This document shows, piece after piece, positions 9,357 through 18,856 of a DNA stretch of 64,000 bases. Position 1 is the stretch's first letter, and each line of letters starts with the position of its first letter. The notes under the pieces were generated by a model, which worked only from the letters and a program-made list of their open reading frames with translations, had not been told where the DNA came from and made no database searches. This DNA is from Rickettsiales bacterium (GTDB lineage Bacteria > Pseudomonadota > Alphaproteobacteria > Rickettsiales > UBA998), in assembly GCA_036770365.1 (NCBI GenBank), contig DAIPJH010000002.1, positions 163,514 through 227,513 of the forward strand, given 5' to 3'. The position numbers were made by a program, and so were the translations under genes.

Positions 9357-10205
9357 ATGGCAAAAAAACGCGGCATTCCTACAACGGTAAAAACACAGAA
9401 AAAAATTGCTCTTCCCAAAATTGGTGCAGGAAAATTCACCGTTGCGCCCGAAGGCAAAAGAACCGTTCTACATATCGGCATTGCCTCGGCTACCCCACAA
9501 AATCTTAATGTCAGCTTTCAAACGCCTCTGTGGCACTGCATTCGCGTAGACAGCGAGGCACTTGTTCGCCCTGATATCGAAACTCCATGCGACAATCTCT
9601 CCATGATTCCAGATAGCTGCATAGATGCCATTTGGATGCCGCAAGTGTTGCACAAGATCTACGATCATCGTACCATTCCTACCCTCCAAGAATTATGCCG
9701 TGTTTTGAAAGAAGGCGGCACAGTATACATCTCCGTGCCTGACGCACAGATTGCAGGGGCATATCTTGCGCATAACCGCTTAGAAGATACGCTCTACACA
9801 GCAAACGCAGGCGAAATCAACTCTCTTGATCTACTTTTTGGCTTTCGCAAAGGATTACAAGCAGGTAATCTTGCACTTCAACACCGCACGGCGTTTACCT
9901 CAGAGACCCTTGCCTTCAAAGCGCGTGAGGCAGGGTTCACCAATATCCAAGTCAAACGTGAAAAATTTGAGATTCAACTTGCTGCAACAAAGTATCAATA
10001 CGACAACCCAAAGCGTGTAGAACGTATTGCGATCAGTGGTTCAACAGATATTAAAAACATCCCTATTATACCCCCCATTCCCGCGCAACCTAGCACTCAA
10101 CAAGCACCCACAGGTTACCGCACCAAACCCAGCATGATGTTTGATGAACTGGATCAACCACCATTCATTTGGAAAGATTTAGGGCTGAAGACAACGAAGA
10201 AGTAA
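9357..10205 (+). CDS. class I methyltransferase-like protein with a degenerate SAM motif
   Basis: Methyltransf_11-like pattern (VLHIG..., IDAIWMPQVLHKIYDH, LQELCRVLKEGGTVYISVPD). The Gly-rich motif I reads LHIGIAS rather than LDxGCG. Only 13 bp separate it from the glycosyltransferase. Confidence 0.45.
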   Translation: MAKKRGIPTTVKTQKKIALPKIGAGKFTVAPEGKRTVLHIGIASATPQNLNVSFQTPLWHCIRVDSEALVRPDIETPCDNLSMIPDSCIDAIWMPQVLHKIYDHRTIPTLQELCRVLKEGGTVYISVPDAQIAGAYLAHNRLEDTLYTANAGEINSLDLLFGFRKGLQAGNLALQHRTAFTSETLAFKAREAGFTNIQVKREKFEIQLAATKYQYDNPKRVERIAISGSTDIKNIPIIPPIPAQPSTQQAPTGYRTKPSMMFDELDQPPFIWKDLGLKTTKK

Positions 10206-10216
10206 TTACACCTCCA

Positions 10217-10236
10217 CCTCTCCCTCAGGGGAGAGG
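10217..10236. terminator. bidirectional hairpin between convergent genes
   Basis: CCTCTCCC-tcag-GGGAGAGG perfect 8-bp stem between the methyltransferase-like gene (+) and the glutamate dehydrogenase gene (-). No clear T-run. Confidence 0.4.
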
Positions 10237-10262
10237 CTAGGAGCGAAGGAGTTACAAGCCCC

Positions 10263-13200
10263 TCACCCTATACTTCTAAGTTGTTTAAGAGCAACAAAGA
10301 ACATTGGCAACGTGCGTGCTTCGCTTGATTGTACATCCGCAAGTAATTTTTTGTATCGACTCAACGCTTGTGCATGTGTGACAGTCCATTGCTCTACTGT
10401 CTGCTCCGCTGTAGCTGCTGCCTCGCTGGTTGCAATTACTGTCATTGAAAGACGGCGTTGCTCATCATACAAATCACCCAGCACGTTTTGGATCGCCAGC
10501 CTATCCCAATAGGAGTCAGCAGTAAGCTCTGACACTGCATGCTGCATCCAACCAAGACTCAACAGATCACCCACATGATAGTAATATTGCCCAACTTCCT
10601 CCACACTACGTCGTGTATGTGTTGCCACTTGTACCACATCACATGCTGCACTTAATGCTTCTAACATTGCCACACGCGCAGCCAAATCATGTGGCACGCC
10701 GAGAGCAATCAATTGCGCTGTTTTATTGTCATGCGCCGCAAGCACTGCTAATGAGGCAATCTTTGGTAAACGCAGCGCGAATTCATCAATTCCGCGCTGA
10801 TAATCTGCAAGTGATTGCGCAATATTCAACGCCGCATTGCTGCTACGCAAGAACCATACCGTTGCACGCTCTAGAAACTGATTGATTTCAACAAAAAGTG
10901 TCGCTTGTGACGGCGCAGGAATCTTACCATCCAATGCCTCAATCGCACGCCAATCATCACGCAAACCAAACGCATCACGCACGATGACGTACGCCATCGC
11001 AATATCTGCACCGCTACGCCCCGTGTCCGCCGCAATACTATGAAAGAAAGTAAGACCAGCACGGTTAATGATACTATTGGTCACCACCGTCGCAATAATC
11101 TCTCGACGTAAGCGATGCGAAGTGATTTCCTGTGCATAAACTTCACGCATTGCGATTGGAAAATAACGCAACAGATCGTCAATAAAATATGCGTTATCAG
11201 GCAAATCCGAAGCTAATAAATCATCATACACTGACATTTTTGCATAAGAGAGCAAAATAGAAAGCTCCGGTCGAGATAAACCTTTTTTCTCGCTACGAAG
11301 CGCGGCAATTGTTTTGGCCGTTGGTAAATTCTCTACCTTACGGTTGAGACGACCCTCACGTTCCAACGCCTGCATCATTTGTTCTTGCTGCTCCAAGAGT
11401 ACACTCCCTTGATGCTGTGCGATCGTGATGGCTTGCGTTTGCAAACGATTATCTCGCAACACCAACTCCGCCACATTATCCGTCATGCTAGCAAGCAAAC
11501 TATCACGTGCTTCACGCGTAATGCGACCTGACTGCATCGCCGCCGAAAAAGCAATTTTAATGTTCACTTCATGGTCTGAGCAATCCACCCCTGCGGAATT
11601 ATCAATCGAATCCGTATTGATACGACCACCACGACGAGCATATTCAATACGACCGCGTTGCGTAAATCCTAAATTACCACCTTCACCCACAACAAGCGCA
11701 CGTAAATCTTCACCATTAATGCGGAGTGAATCATTGTTTTTATCGCCAACTTCCTCATGTGTTTCGGATGCGGATTTAACATAAGTGCCGATACCGCCGT
11801 TCCATAACAAATCAACTTTAGCTTTCAAAATTAATTTAATCACTTCGTCTGGTGTGAGTTCCTTGGCGTCCGTGTCAAGTAAACGCTGTACCTCTGGCGT
11901 AAGCGAAATACTTTTCGCACTCCGCTCGTAAACACCGCCACCCTGCGAAATCAATCGTGCATCGTAATCTGTCCAATTCGAACGCGGAAGGATAAAAAGT
12001 CGTTCACGTTCAGCGTAACTTTTAAGCGCATCTGGATTGGGATCGAGGAAAATATGCAAATGATTAAACGCTGCCACCAGCTTGATATGCTGCGATAACA
12101 ACATACCATTACCGAACACATCACCCGCCATATCACCAATACCCACACAGGTGAACTCTCCTGTTTGCGTATCACGCCCCATCTCGTGAAAATGACGTTG
12201 CACACAAACCCAGCCACCTTTCGCAGTAATACCCATTTTCTTATGGTCATACCCGACCGAACCACCGGACGCAAACGCATCACCCAGCCAGAAGCCATAA
12301 TCTGCCGAAACGCCATTGGCAATATCTGAAAAGGTCGCCGTACCTTTATCCGCCGCGACCACAAGATAAGGATCATCCCCATCCACGCGGTACACCGATT
12401 GAGGCGGCACAACATGACCATCAACAATATTATCCGTAATATCCAACAACCCCATCAAAAATTGCTTATAACACGCAATTCCTTCTGCCATCATCTCCTC
12501 GCGTCCGCCTGTTTGAGGTGGTTTTTTAACAGTAAAGCCACCCTTTGAACCCACAGGCACGATCACTGCATTTTTTACCATTTGTGCCTTAACCAGACCC
12601 AAAACTTCCGTGCGGAAATCCTCATGACGATCAGACCAACGTAATCCCCCGCGCGCTACTTTACCACCGCGTAAATGAATGCCTTCTGTGCGTGCAGAAT
12701 AGACAAAGATCTCTGCATGCGGTTTTGGAAGTGGCAATTCTGGCACATATTTAGAATCCAACTTAAAGGAAATATAATCTTTAAAATTACCACTCGCGTC
12801 AGTTTGAAAAAAGTTCGTACGTAACGTTGCCATCATCGTCTCAATAAAGCGGCGAAGAATCTTATCTTCAGCTAAATTACTGACCAATGACAACGCACTG
12901 TCCATCTCGACGCGCAACGCATCGACTTGGATCTCTCGTTGAGCATTTTCTTTAGGAGAGAAACGAATTTCAAACATTTGCACCATCTTGGCAACAATAC
13001 CCGCATGGTTGCACAATGCCTGCGCCACATAACCCTCATGGTAAGTAATGCCAACCTGTTTGATATATTTACCATAAGCGCGCATAAGCATCACTTGACG
13101 CGCACTCAGACCAGCATAAACCACCAACGCATTATAATTATCATTTTCTGCTCGACCACTGACAACATCCAGTAATGTATCTTCAAAATGATGGGTGATC

Positions 13201-15101
13201 GCTGCAACGGGAATAGAACTCTCCATTGCCACACCAAGCGCAAAATCACGCAACACCACCGATTCATCTTGAGACCAATCAGGCGTGATATCAAACGGAT
13301 GCACGTCTAACACACGACACCCCATATTTTCAAGCACAGGAAACATATCTGAAAGCGCAGAATCTTGACGGGTGGTAAATAATTTCAAACGAAACCGTCC
13401 ATGTCCTTCTGACTCTTCTGCAAGTAAACGCACCACAGGGTCCTGTCCTGCTTCCAAAGCACGAATCTTAACAATGTCGTCCACGGCATCACGCGCAGCA
13501 TAGTAATTACAATAATTTTTAGGAAAGGCATCTTTATAAATACGGAAATCAAGCTCACCTTGCTTCTCACCTTGTGTTTCTAACAAATGTTCGCGTAATG
13601 CATCATTCCAAAAGCTTGTTAAACGGCGAATGGAATCTTCCATCAGACGTACATTCACCGCTGGAATTGCGCCTGTTTTTGTCTTAATGATAAGGTGCAA
13701 GCGTGCGAGGGGTGCGTCTGATATCTGCGTATTGAAACCAGAAACCTTACCGCGAAGTGCAGACTCCATCAATTTTTCAATTTGCTGACGCACATAGGTA
13801 TTAAAACGATCACGTGGCGTGTAAATTAAAGCACTCACAAAACGATCGTAAGGATCTCGACGTAAGAAGATACGCACATCAGGTTGCGCTTCCAATGATA
13901 AAATCCCTTGACTCCACACAAATAAATCATCTTCAGAGATTTGAAATAATTCATCTCGCGGGAAAAACTCCAAGATCGCACGAAGCGTCTTACCATTATA
14001 AGACGTTGGATCAAAGTTCGCATATTGTAACGTATGCGAAATCTTCCTTCGAATGAAAGGAATTTGGTCAGCACTTTGATAATAAACCACCGAGGTAAAG
14101 AGTCCCAAAAAGCGAGTTTCTCCAATCACATTACCCTTCGCATCAAACCGCTTAAAACCAATATAATCCATTGGCACACTGCGGTGAACAATCGAACGAT
14201 GATCCGATTTGGTAACTTCGACCAACGCAGAATCCTTGAAGAATCCACATTCTTCCACATTCAAAGAGGCATGGCCACGATGTTTGACCGCACCACCTTC
14301 GCCTTTAAAGATACCAAGTGGTGAACCATCCACCACCGTGAAACGTTGATGCCCATCCTCTTCTGCAACCTCATGCTCACGATACCCAAGAAACACAAAA
14401 TTACGATCTGCTAACCAATCAATAAATTGTAGCACTTCCTGTACTTCTTCTACTTTGTATTTGCCAAGTGCGCTGCCAATATTATCCTTGATGGTCGTCA
14501 ACTGCGCCAACATCGGTTTCCAGTCTTGTATAGTAAGCAGAACATTATGCAGCACATGCTCTAAATCATGGATCAGATTCTCCCGCGACGTACCCTCAGG
14601 TAGCGGTGAAATCTCAAAATGAATCAAAGATTCTTTGTTAATCGAAGCATCCACATTTAGGGCAAATGTATCCGTTTCATCCAGCACCTCTGATAAATTG
14701 CCCGCACCATCACGCTTGACATAAAGCATTGGGTGAATAGTCGAATAAATACTATAACCCTGACGATTTAACTCTGCCGTCAAAGAATCCACCAAAAAGG
14801 GCATATCAGTATTCAGTAGTTCAATCACTTGGCGGTGCGTATTTTTGCCCAACCCATACTCACCGAGACTAAAAATACGAATTTTAGGTTTTTGCACATC
14901 ACGCTTGGCAACAAAATCATACGATGACGCTACAATTTTGGCAGCCAAAGCAATATCTAATTTTTCTAAATCAGATAAAGGCGTCTTAGCAAAATACTGA
15001 TTTAAAAACCGTGACATTTCCGCGCTTGAATTTCTAAGAGGCAAAGCATCCTCTATCTCTTTGATTTTACTATCAAAAACGCGCTTATAATCCTCAACCA
15101 T
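10263..15101 (-). CDS. gdhB: NAD-specific glutamate dehydrogenase, large (about 180 kDa) class
   Basis: About 1610 aa. The size and collinear motifs are typical of the giant bacterial NAD-GDH family (GGLRWSDR..DFRTEVLGLVKAQMVKNAVIVPVGSKGGF...VVAADKGTATFSD...GITAKG). MVEDYKRVF at 15101 is preferred over the hydrophobic 25-aa extension from 15176. Confidence 0.88.
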   Translation of the reverse strand: MVEDYKRVFDSKIKEIEDALPLRNSSAEMSRFLNQYFAKTPLSDLEKLDIALAAKIVASSYDFVAKRDVQKPKIRIFSLGEYGLGKNTHRQVIELLNTDMPFLVDSLTAELNRQGYSIYSTIHPMLYVKRDGAGNLSEVLDETDTFALNVDASINKESLIHFEISPLPEGTSRENLIHDLEHVLHNVLLTIQDWKPMLAQLTTIKDNIGSALGKYKVEEVQEVLQFIDWLADRNFVFLGYREHEVAEEDGHQRFTVVDGSPLGIFKGEGGAVKHRGHASLNVEECGFFKDSALVEVTKSDHRSIVHRSVPMDYIGFKRFDAKGNVIGETRFLGLFTSVVYYQSADQIPFIRRKISHTLQYANFDPTSYNGKTLRAILEFFPRDELFQISEDDLFVWSQGILSLEAQPDVRIFLRRDPYDRFVSALIYTPRDRFNTYVRQQIEKLMESALRGKVSGFNTQISDAPLARLHLIIKTKTGAIPAVNVRLMEDSIRRLTSFWNDALREHLLETQGEKQGELDFRIYKDAFPKNYCNYYAARDAVDDIVKIRALEAGQDPVVRLLAEESEGHGRFRLKLFTTRQDSALSDMFPVLENMGCRVLDVHPFDITPDWSQDESVVLRDFALGVAMESSIPVAAITHHFEDTLLDVVSGRAENDNYNALVVYAGLSARQVMLMRAYGKYIKQVGITYHEGYVAQALCNHAGIVAKMVQMFEIRFSPKENAQREIQVDALRVEMDSALSLVSNLAEDKILRRFIETMMATLRTNFFQTDASGNFKDYISFKLDSKYVPELPLPKPHAEIFVYSARTEGIHLRGGKVARGGLRWSDRHEDFRTEVLGLVKAQMVKNAVIVPVGSKGGFTVKKPPQTGGREEMMAEGIACYKQFLMGLLDITDNIVDGHVVPPQSVYRVDGDDPYLVVAADKGTATFSDIANGVSADYGFWLGDAFASGGSVGYDHKKMGITAKGGWVCVQRHFHEMGRDTQTGEFTCVGIGDMAGDVFGNGMLLSQHIKLVAAFNHLHIFLDPNPDALKSYAERERLFILPRSNWTDYDARLISQGGGVYERSAKSISLTPEVQRLLDTDAKELTPDEVIKLILKAKVDLLWNGGIGTYVKSASETHEEVGDKNNDSLRINGEDLRALVVGEGGNLGFTQRGRIEYARRGGRINTDSIDNSAGVDCSDHEVNIKIAFSAAMQSGRITREARDSLLASMTDNVAELVLRDNRLQTQAITIAQHQGSVLLEQQEQMMQALEREGRLNRKVENLPTAKTIAALRSEKKGLSRPELSILLSYAKMSVYDDLLASDLPDNAYFIDDLLRYFPIAMREVYAQEITSHRLRREIIATVVTNSIINRAGLTFFHSIAADTGRSGADIAMAYVIVRDAFGLRDDWRAIEALDGKIPAPSQATLFVEINQFLERATVWFLRSSNAALNIAQSLADYQRGIDEFALRLPKIASLAVLAAHDNKTAQLIALGVPHDLAARVAMLEALSAACDVVQVATHTRRSVEEVGQYYYHVGDLLSLGWMQHAVSELTADSYWDRLAIQNVLGDLYDEQRRLSMTVIATSEAAATAEQTVEQWTVTHAQALSRYKKLLADVQSSEARTLPMFFVALKQLRSIG

Positions 15102-15316
15102 AATTCTACCAATGTGAGTTAGACAAAATCTGCACTGGAAATAGAGGAAAACCGAGAGTATGGAAAGTAAAATCATGATAGCACTTTAACTTTATAATTT
15201 CTTATTTTCCCTAGAATCATAAAGTTATGTAGTGCTATAAATCATAAGATTATCGTCGTTTAACTGTCTTATGAAACATATCAATACTTAATTAAACGAC
15301 CTTAGTGTGGTGCAGC

Positions 15317-16087
15317 ATGTTTTCTCTCTCAGACCTTCCTTCTCACCTTACCTACTTAAACGATTTGGCGTACAAGGCAGGCAAACGTATCATGGAGATA
15401 CGGCTTGAGGGCATAGACGCCACCATCAAGGATGATTTATCGCCCGTCACCCGCGCCGACCGCGAAGCAGATGCACTGATTATCGAAGGTTTACTCGCAA
15501 GATTTCCTCACGTTCCTGTGATCTCAGAAGAAGAGGATATCCGCCTTGATATCTCACAAGCACCTTATTTCTGGCTGGTAGACCCACTTGACGGTACAAA
15601 AAATTTTATTCGTGGCGGTAATGGCTTCACAGTCAATATAGGGCTTATCCATAACAACCAACCCATACTTGGCGTGATTTATATTCCCGCTCAGGGAATG
15701 CTTTATTATGGAGCCGTTGGCGTTGGTGCGTTCCGCCGCCGTGATGATGAAACTGCGCCCATCGAAATCACAGCACGTGCCATGCCTGAATATAACCGCA
15801 CCGGCATTATCAGCCATGACCACGCCAAAGAAGATACCAAACTCTGGCTAAAGCGTTATAAGATCACCCAGACCAGCTCCGCTTCTAGCTCACAGAAATT
15901 CTGCCGTGTCGCAGAAGGTGAGGCGGACATTTATCCGCGCACAGGCCCAACAATGGAATGGGACACGGCCGCAGGTCACGCGATTGTCCTCGCCGCAGGT
16001 GGACGCATGACCACTTTAGAAGAAACCCCCTTTACCTATGGCAAAGAGGGCTTTTTAAATGGCGGGTTTGTCGTGTTGGGGAAGTAA
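15317..16087 (+). CDS. cysQ: 3'(2'),5'-bisphosphate nucleotidase / inositol monophosphatase family
   Basis: IMPase motifs WLVDPLDGTKNF and EWDTAAGHAIVLAAGG. The start is ATG 15317 or GTG 15305. Confidence 0.75.
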   Translation: MFSLSDLPSHLTYLNDLAYKAGKRIMEIRLEGIDATIKDDLSPVTRADREADALIIEGLLARFPHVPVISEEEDIRLDISQAPYFWLVDPLDGTKNFIRGGNGFTVNIGLIHNNQPILGVIYIPAQGMLYYGAVGVGAFRRRDDETAPIEITARAMPEYNRTGIISHDHAKEDTKLWLKRYKITQTSSASSSQKFCRVAEGEADIYPRTGPTMEWDTAAGHAIVLAAGGRMTTLEETPFTYGKEGFLNGGFVVLGK

Positions 16088-16750
16088 ATCATTTGTCTTT
16101 CCCATCTCATACACTTCAGGAAAGTGGCTATACTGCATCGTGAACTTTGCTGCGGCTGGTGACATCCAAGCTAGTAATTGCATGATATATCCATAACACT
16201 GACCTACTTTCATTTCTAAAATAGACTCGTGGTGAGCAATTCTGTTTCTAAGAATCCGAATTGCATCAAGTTTATAACTTATTTCCTGCCTTTTCAAACC
16301 CTTGCCGTTTTCTTTCCTTGCAATCACATTCAATACTTCTTTCCACATATTTTCATATTTAGTAGAAAACATAGCCGTCCAAAAACCAAATGTTAAGTGC
16401 GCCACAACATCATCATAAACTACTTCCCTGCTATGCTTTCGCACAGTTTCATGTGCGTTCTTTTTTGCCTCTTCTAACTGTCGTAATTGCGACTCAAGTT
16501 TTAATAAATGAGGACAATCATACCAATCTGAACCATATTGCATACAAAACACTTCAGAAATCTTATTGCGCAAGACAATCTCTAACATGTGCAAAGCAAT
16601 ATAAAATGACTGTGATAACTGCAAATTAAAGGCGTATAAATCAACAGCATTTCTTCCTTGCGCTAAGCTTACATATTTTGATAAACGAGCAGAAGAAAGT
16701 ACATTTTCTAAATCTTCAAATAAATATATTGTATCTTTTGATGATGCCAT
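16055..16750 (-). CDS. Abi_2 (AbiD/AbiF-like) abortive-infection family protein
   Basis: 231 aa. Family-typical pattern LSSARLSKY...LYAFNLQLSQSFYIALHMLEIVLRNKI...LTFGFWTAMF...IRILRNRIAHHESI. The gene is about 37% GC against about 50% in the flanks. Confidence 0.75.
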   Translation of the reverse strand: MASSKDTIYLFEDLENVLSSARLSKYVSLAQGRNAVDLYAFNLQLSQSFYIALHMLEIVLRNKISEVFCMQYGSDWYDCPHLLKLESQLRQLEEAKKNAHETVRKHSREVVYDDVVAHLTFGFWTAMFSTKYENMWKEVLNVIARKENGKGLKRQEISYKLDAIRILRNRIAHHESILEMKVGQCYGYIMQLLAWMSPAAAKFTMQYSHFPEVYEMGKTNDLLPQHDKPAI

Positions 16751-16796
16751 TCCCCCAACTTCCTTAACTTAAACACCCATTTTTACTGCACACATA

Positions 16797-16810
16797 TGTA
16801 TAATTATACA
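16797..16810. promoter_or_regulatory. perfect 14-bp palindrome TGTATAATTATACA upstream of the Abi gene
   Basis: Reads TATAAT on both strands and lies about 47 bp upstream of the Abi start codon. It could be a -10 element, an operator, or both. Confidence 0.25.
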
Positions 16811-16917
16811 AAAAAAATTGACAAACGGATTAAATTACCGTATAAAAGTCAAGTACGCCCCAGCCCCGCCTCTGCTTTTGCATGCGCCTGGGGTATTTTT
16901 ATGCCTGCTTTTCAGTC

Positions 16918-18711
16918 TTACACCCGATTTTTATCAATCACATCCTTGCTAAGTCCTTCTGGGCCAAGCACGAGCTGATTATGCGCTGCACCTGCGGGAA
17001 TCATAGGGTACACATTTTCATGACGATCAACCGCAATATCAAGCAACACTGGACCGTCATGCGTAATCATTTCTAGCAGCGTTTCATCAAGCTTCGCAGG
17101 ATCACTCACACGCATTCCCTTAAGCCCAAACGCTTCTGCAAGCACAACAAAGTCAGGAATGCAGTCCATATAAGATTCTGAGAAACGATTGCCGTGGAAC
17201 ATCTCTTGCCACTGGCGCACCATGCCCATGAAGCGATTATTCAAAATGACGGTTTTGACTGGCAAGCGATATTGCACCGCCGTTGAGAATTCTTGAATAT
17301 TCATCATAATGGATGCTTCACCTGTAACGCACAACGTCAACTCATCAGGATGCGCCATCTGCACGCCAATCGCCGACGGCAGACCGTAACCCATCGTCCC
17401 TAAACCGCCTGAGGTCATCCAGCGATGCGGCTTATCAAATTTGATAAACTGCGCCGCCCACATTTGATGCTGCCCAACGTCGGTAGTCACATACGGGTTT
17501 TTTGCTTTAGTGAGTTCATACAGACGCTCAAGCGCGTATTGCGGCTTAATAACATCGCCTTCTTGTTTGTATGAAAAACTGCGACGCGCGCGCCACATCT
17601 CAATTTGCTTCCACCACGCAGCAAGCTCACCCTTATCATTGTGCGTTTTGTCTGCTTTCCACAAGCGCAGCATTTCCGCTAACACTTCACCCGCATCACC
17701 AACAATCGGCACGTCTACGCGCACGTTTTTATTGATAGATGAAGCATCAATATCCACATGGATTTTGCGCGAATTAGGCGAGAAGCCATCAAGGCGACCC
17801 GTCACGCGGTCATCAAAACGCGCACCTATATTGATCATGACATCACATTCCGCCATGCCCATATTCGCCTCTAGCGAACCGTGCATACCGAGCATCCCAA
17901 CGAATTGCTTATCAGACCCTGCAAATGCACCAAGCCCCATCAAGGTATTGGTGCAAGGAAAACCCGTCAGATGCACAAGCTCAGTAAGCAGCGCACACGC
18001 CTGCTCACCTGCATTAATCACGCCGCCACCAACATAAAAAATCGGGCGTTTGGCAGATTTCATCAATGCCACTGCTTTTTCAACTGCACCCAAATTTAAC
18101 TCAGGCAGCGGCTTATAGGATTTACGGCGCGGTGCGGCTTCCACCCCGACATACGTCCCCATTGCATTTTGAATGTCTTTAGGAATATCTACTACCACAG
18201 GACCAGGGCGACCCGAACGTGCCACATGAAATGCCTCATGCAAAATACGCGCTAAATCATCAATCGACTGCACGAGATAATTATGTTTCGAGCATGAACG
18301 TGTGATACCTGTCGTGTCTGCTTCTTGGAACGCATCTGAACCAATTAAATGACTTGGCACTTGCCCCGTAATTACCACGAGCGGAATCGAATCTAACATC
18401 GCATCGGTAATGCCTGTTACCGCGTTGGTCGCACCCGGCCCTGAAGTCACGATGACGACACCAACCTTACCTGTAGAGCGCGCATAACCTTCCGCTGAAT
18501 GGGTCGCACCTTGCTCGTGGCGCACTAAAACATGACGCACTGAATTTTGCTGAAAGATCGCATCATAAAGCGGCAACACCGCGCCCCCAGGATACCCAAA
18601 CACAACATCCGTCCCTTGATCTTGCATCACACGCACAATCATCTGCGCTCCCGTCATTTGTTCTGCACGAGGCTGCTCTGAAAGAGTCTGTTTTTGGGTC
18701 GCGGGTTTCAT
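16918..18711 (-). CDS. ilvB: acetolactate synthase, large (catalytic) subunit
   Basis: 597 aa ThDP enzyme with GYPGGAVLPLYDA and the ThDP-binding GLGTMGYGLPSAIG...GEASIMMNIQE. Confidence 0.93.
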   Translation of the reverse strand: MKPATQKQTLSEQPRAEQMTGAQMIVRVMQDQGTDVVFGYPGGAVLPLYDAIFQQNSVRHVLVRHEQGATHSAEGYARSTGKVGVVIVTSGPGATNAVTGITDAMLDSIPLVVITGQVPSHLIGSDAFQEADTTGITRSCSKHNYLVQSIDDLARILHEAFHVARSGRPGPVVVDIPKDIQNAMGTYVGVEAAPRRKSYKPLPELNLGAVEKAVALMKSAKRPIFYVGGGVINAGEQACALLTELVHLTGFPCTNTLMGLGAFAGSDKQFVGMLGMHGSLEANMGMAECDVMINIGARFDDRVTGRLDGFSPNSRKIHVDIDASSINKNVRVDVPIVGDAGEVLAEMLRLWKADKTHNDKGELAAWWKQIEMWRARRSFSYKQEGDVIKPQYALERLYELTKAKNPYVTTDVGQHQMWAAQFIKFDKPHRWMTSGGLGTMGYGLPSAIGVQMAHPDELTLCVTGEASIMMNIQEFSTAVQYRLPVKTVILNNRFMGMVRQWQEMFHGNRFSESYMDCIPDFVVLAEAFGLKGMRVSDPAKLDETLLEMITHDGPVLLDIAVDRHENVYPMIPAGAAHNQLVLGPEGLSKDVIDKNRV

Positions 18712-18856
18712 ACACTACCTTTTTCAAAAATGTGAACCGCAATTTTTAGCGATTTAGCAAGAGATGGTCAATGTGTTTTGAACCACAAACCCATGAAAAA
18801 GCCATAAAATTAGATAATACTTTACTCATTCCCTCACATACGCTACGCCATAATCT

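Noticed and set aside
15102-15176. 25-aa N-terminal extension of the glutamate dehydrogenase ORF (MILLSILSVFLYFQCRFCLTHIGRI).
   Set aside because: It is hydrophobic and Cys-rich and lies in the AT-rich promoter region. The conserved protein begins at MVEDYKRVF.
16858-16900. CCCCAG...CTGGGG pairing followed by a T-rich stretch, considered as a terminator near the ilvB 3' end.
   Set aside because: The stem is only 6 bp with a 24-nt loop. The T-run is on the plus strand, where no gene ends. It is too weak to call.
17510-18037. 175-aa ORF antisense to ilvB. Similar antisense ORFs occur inside the lpoA-like gene (23711-24220), rsmI (24859-25260), cca (52642-53166), gdhB and ubiD.
   Set aside because: These sit inside strongly supported conserved genes. 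Their low-complexity Ser/Arg/Pro/Cys-rich translations are typical of shadow ORFs.
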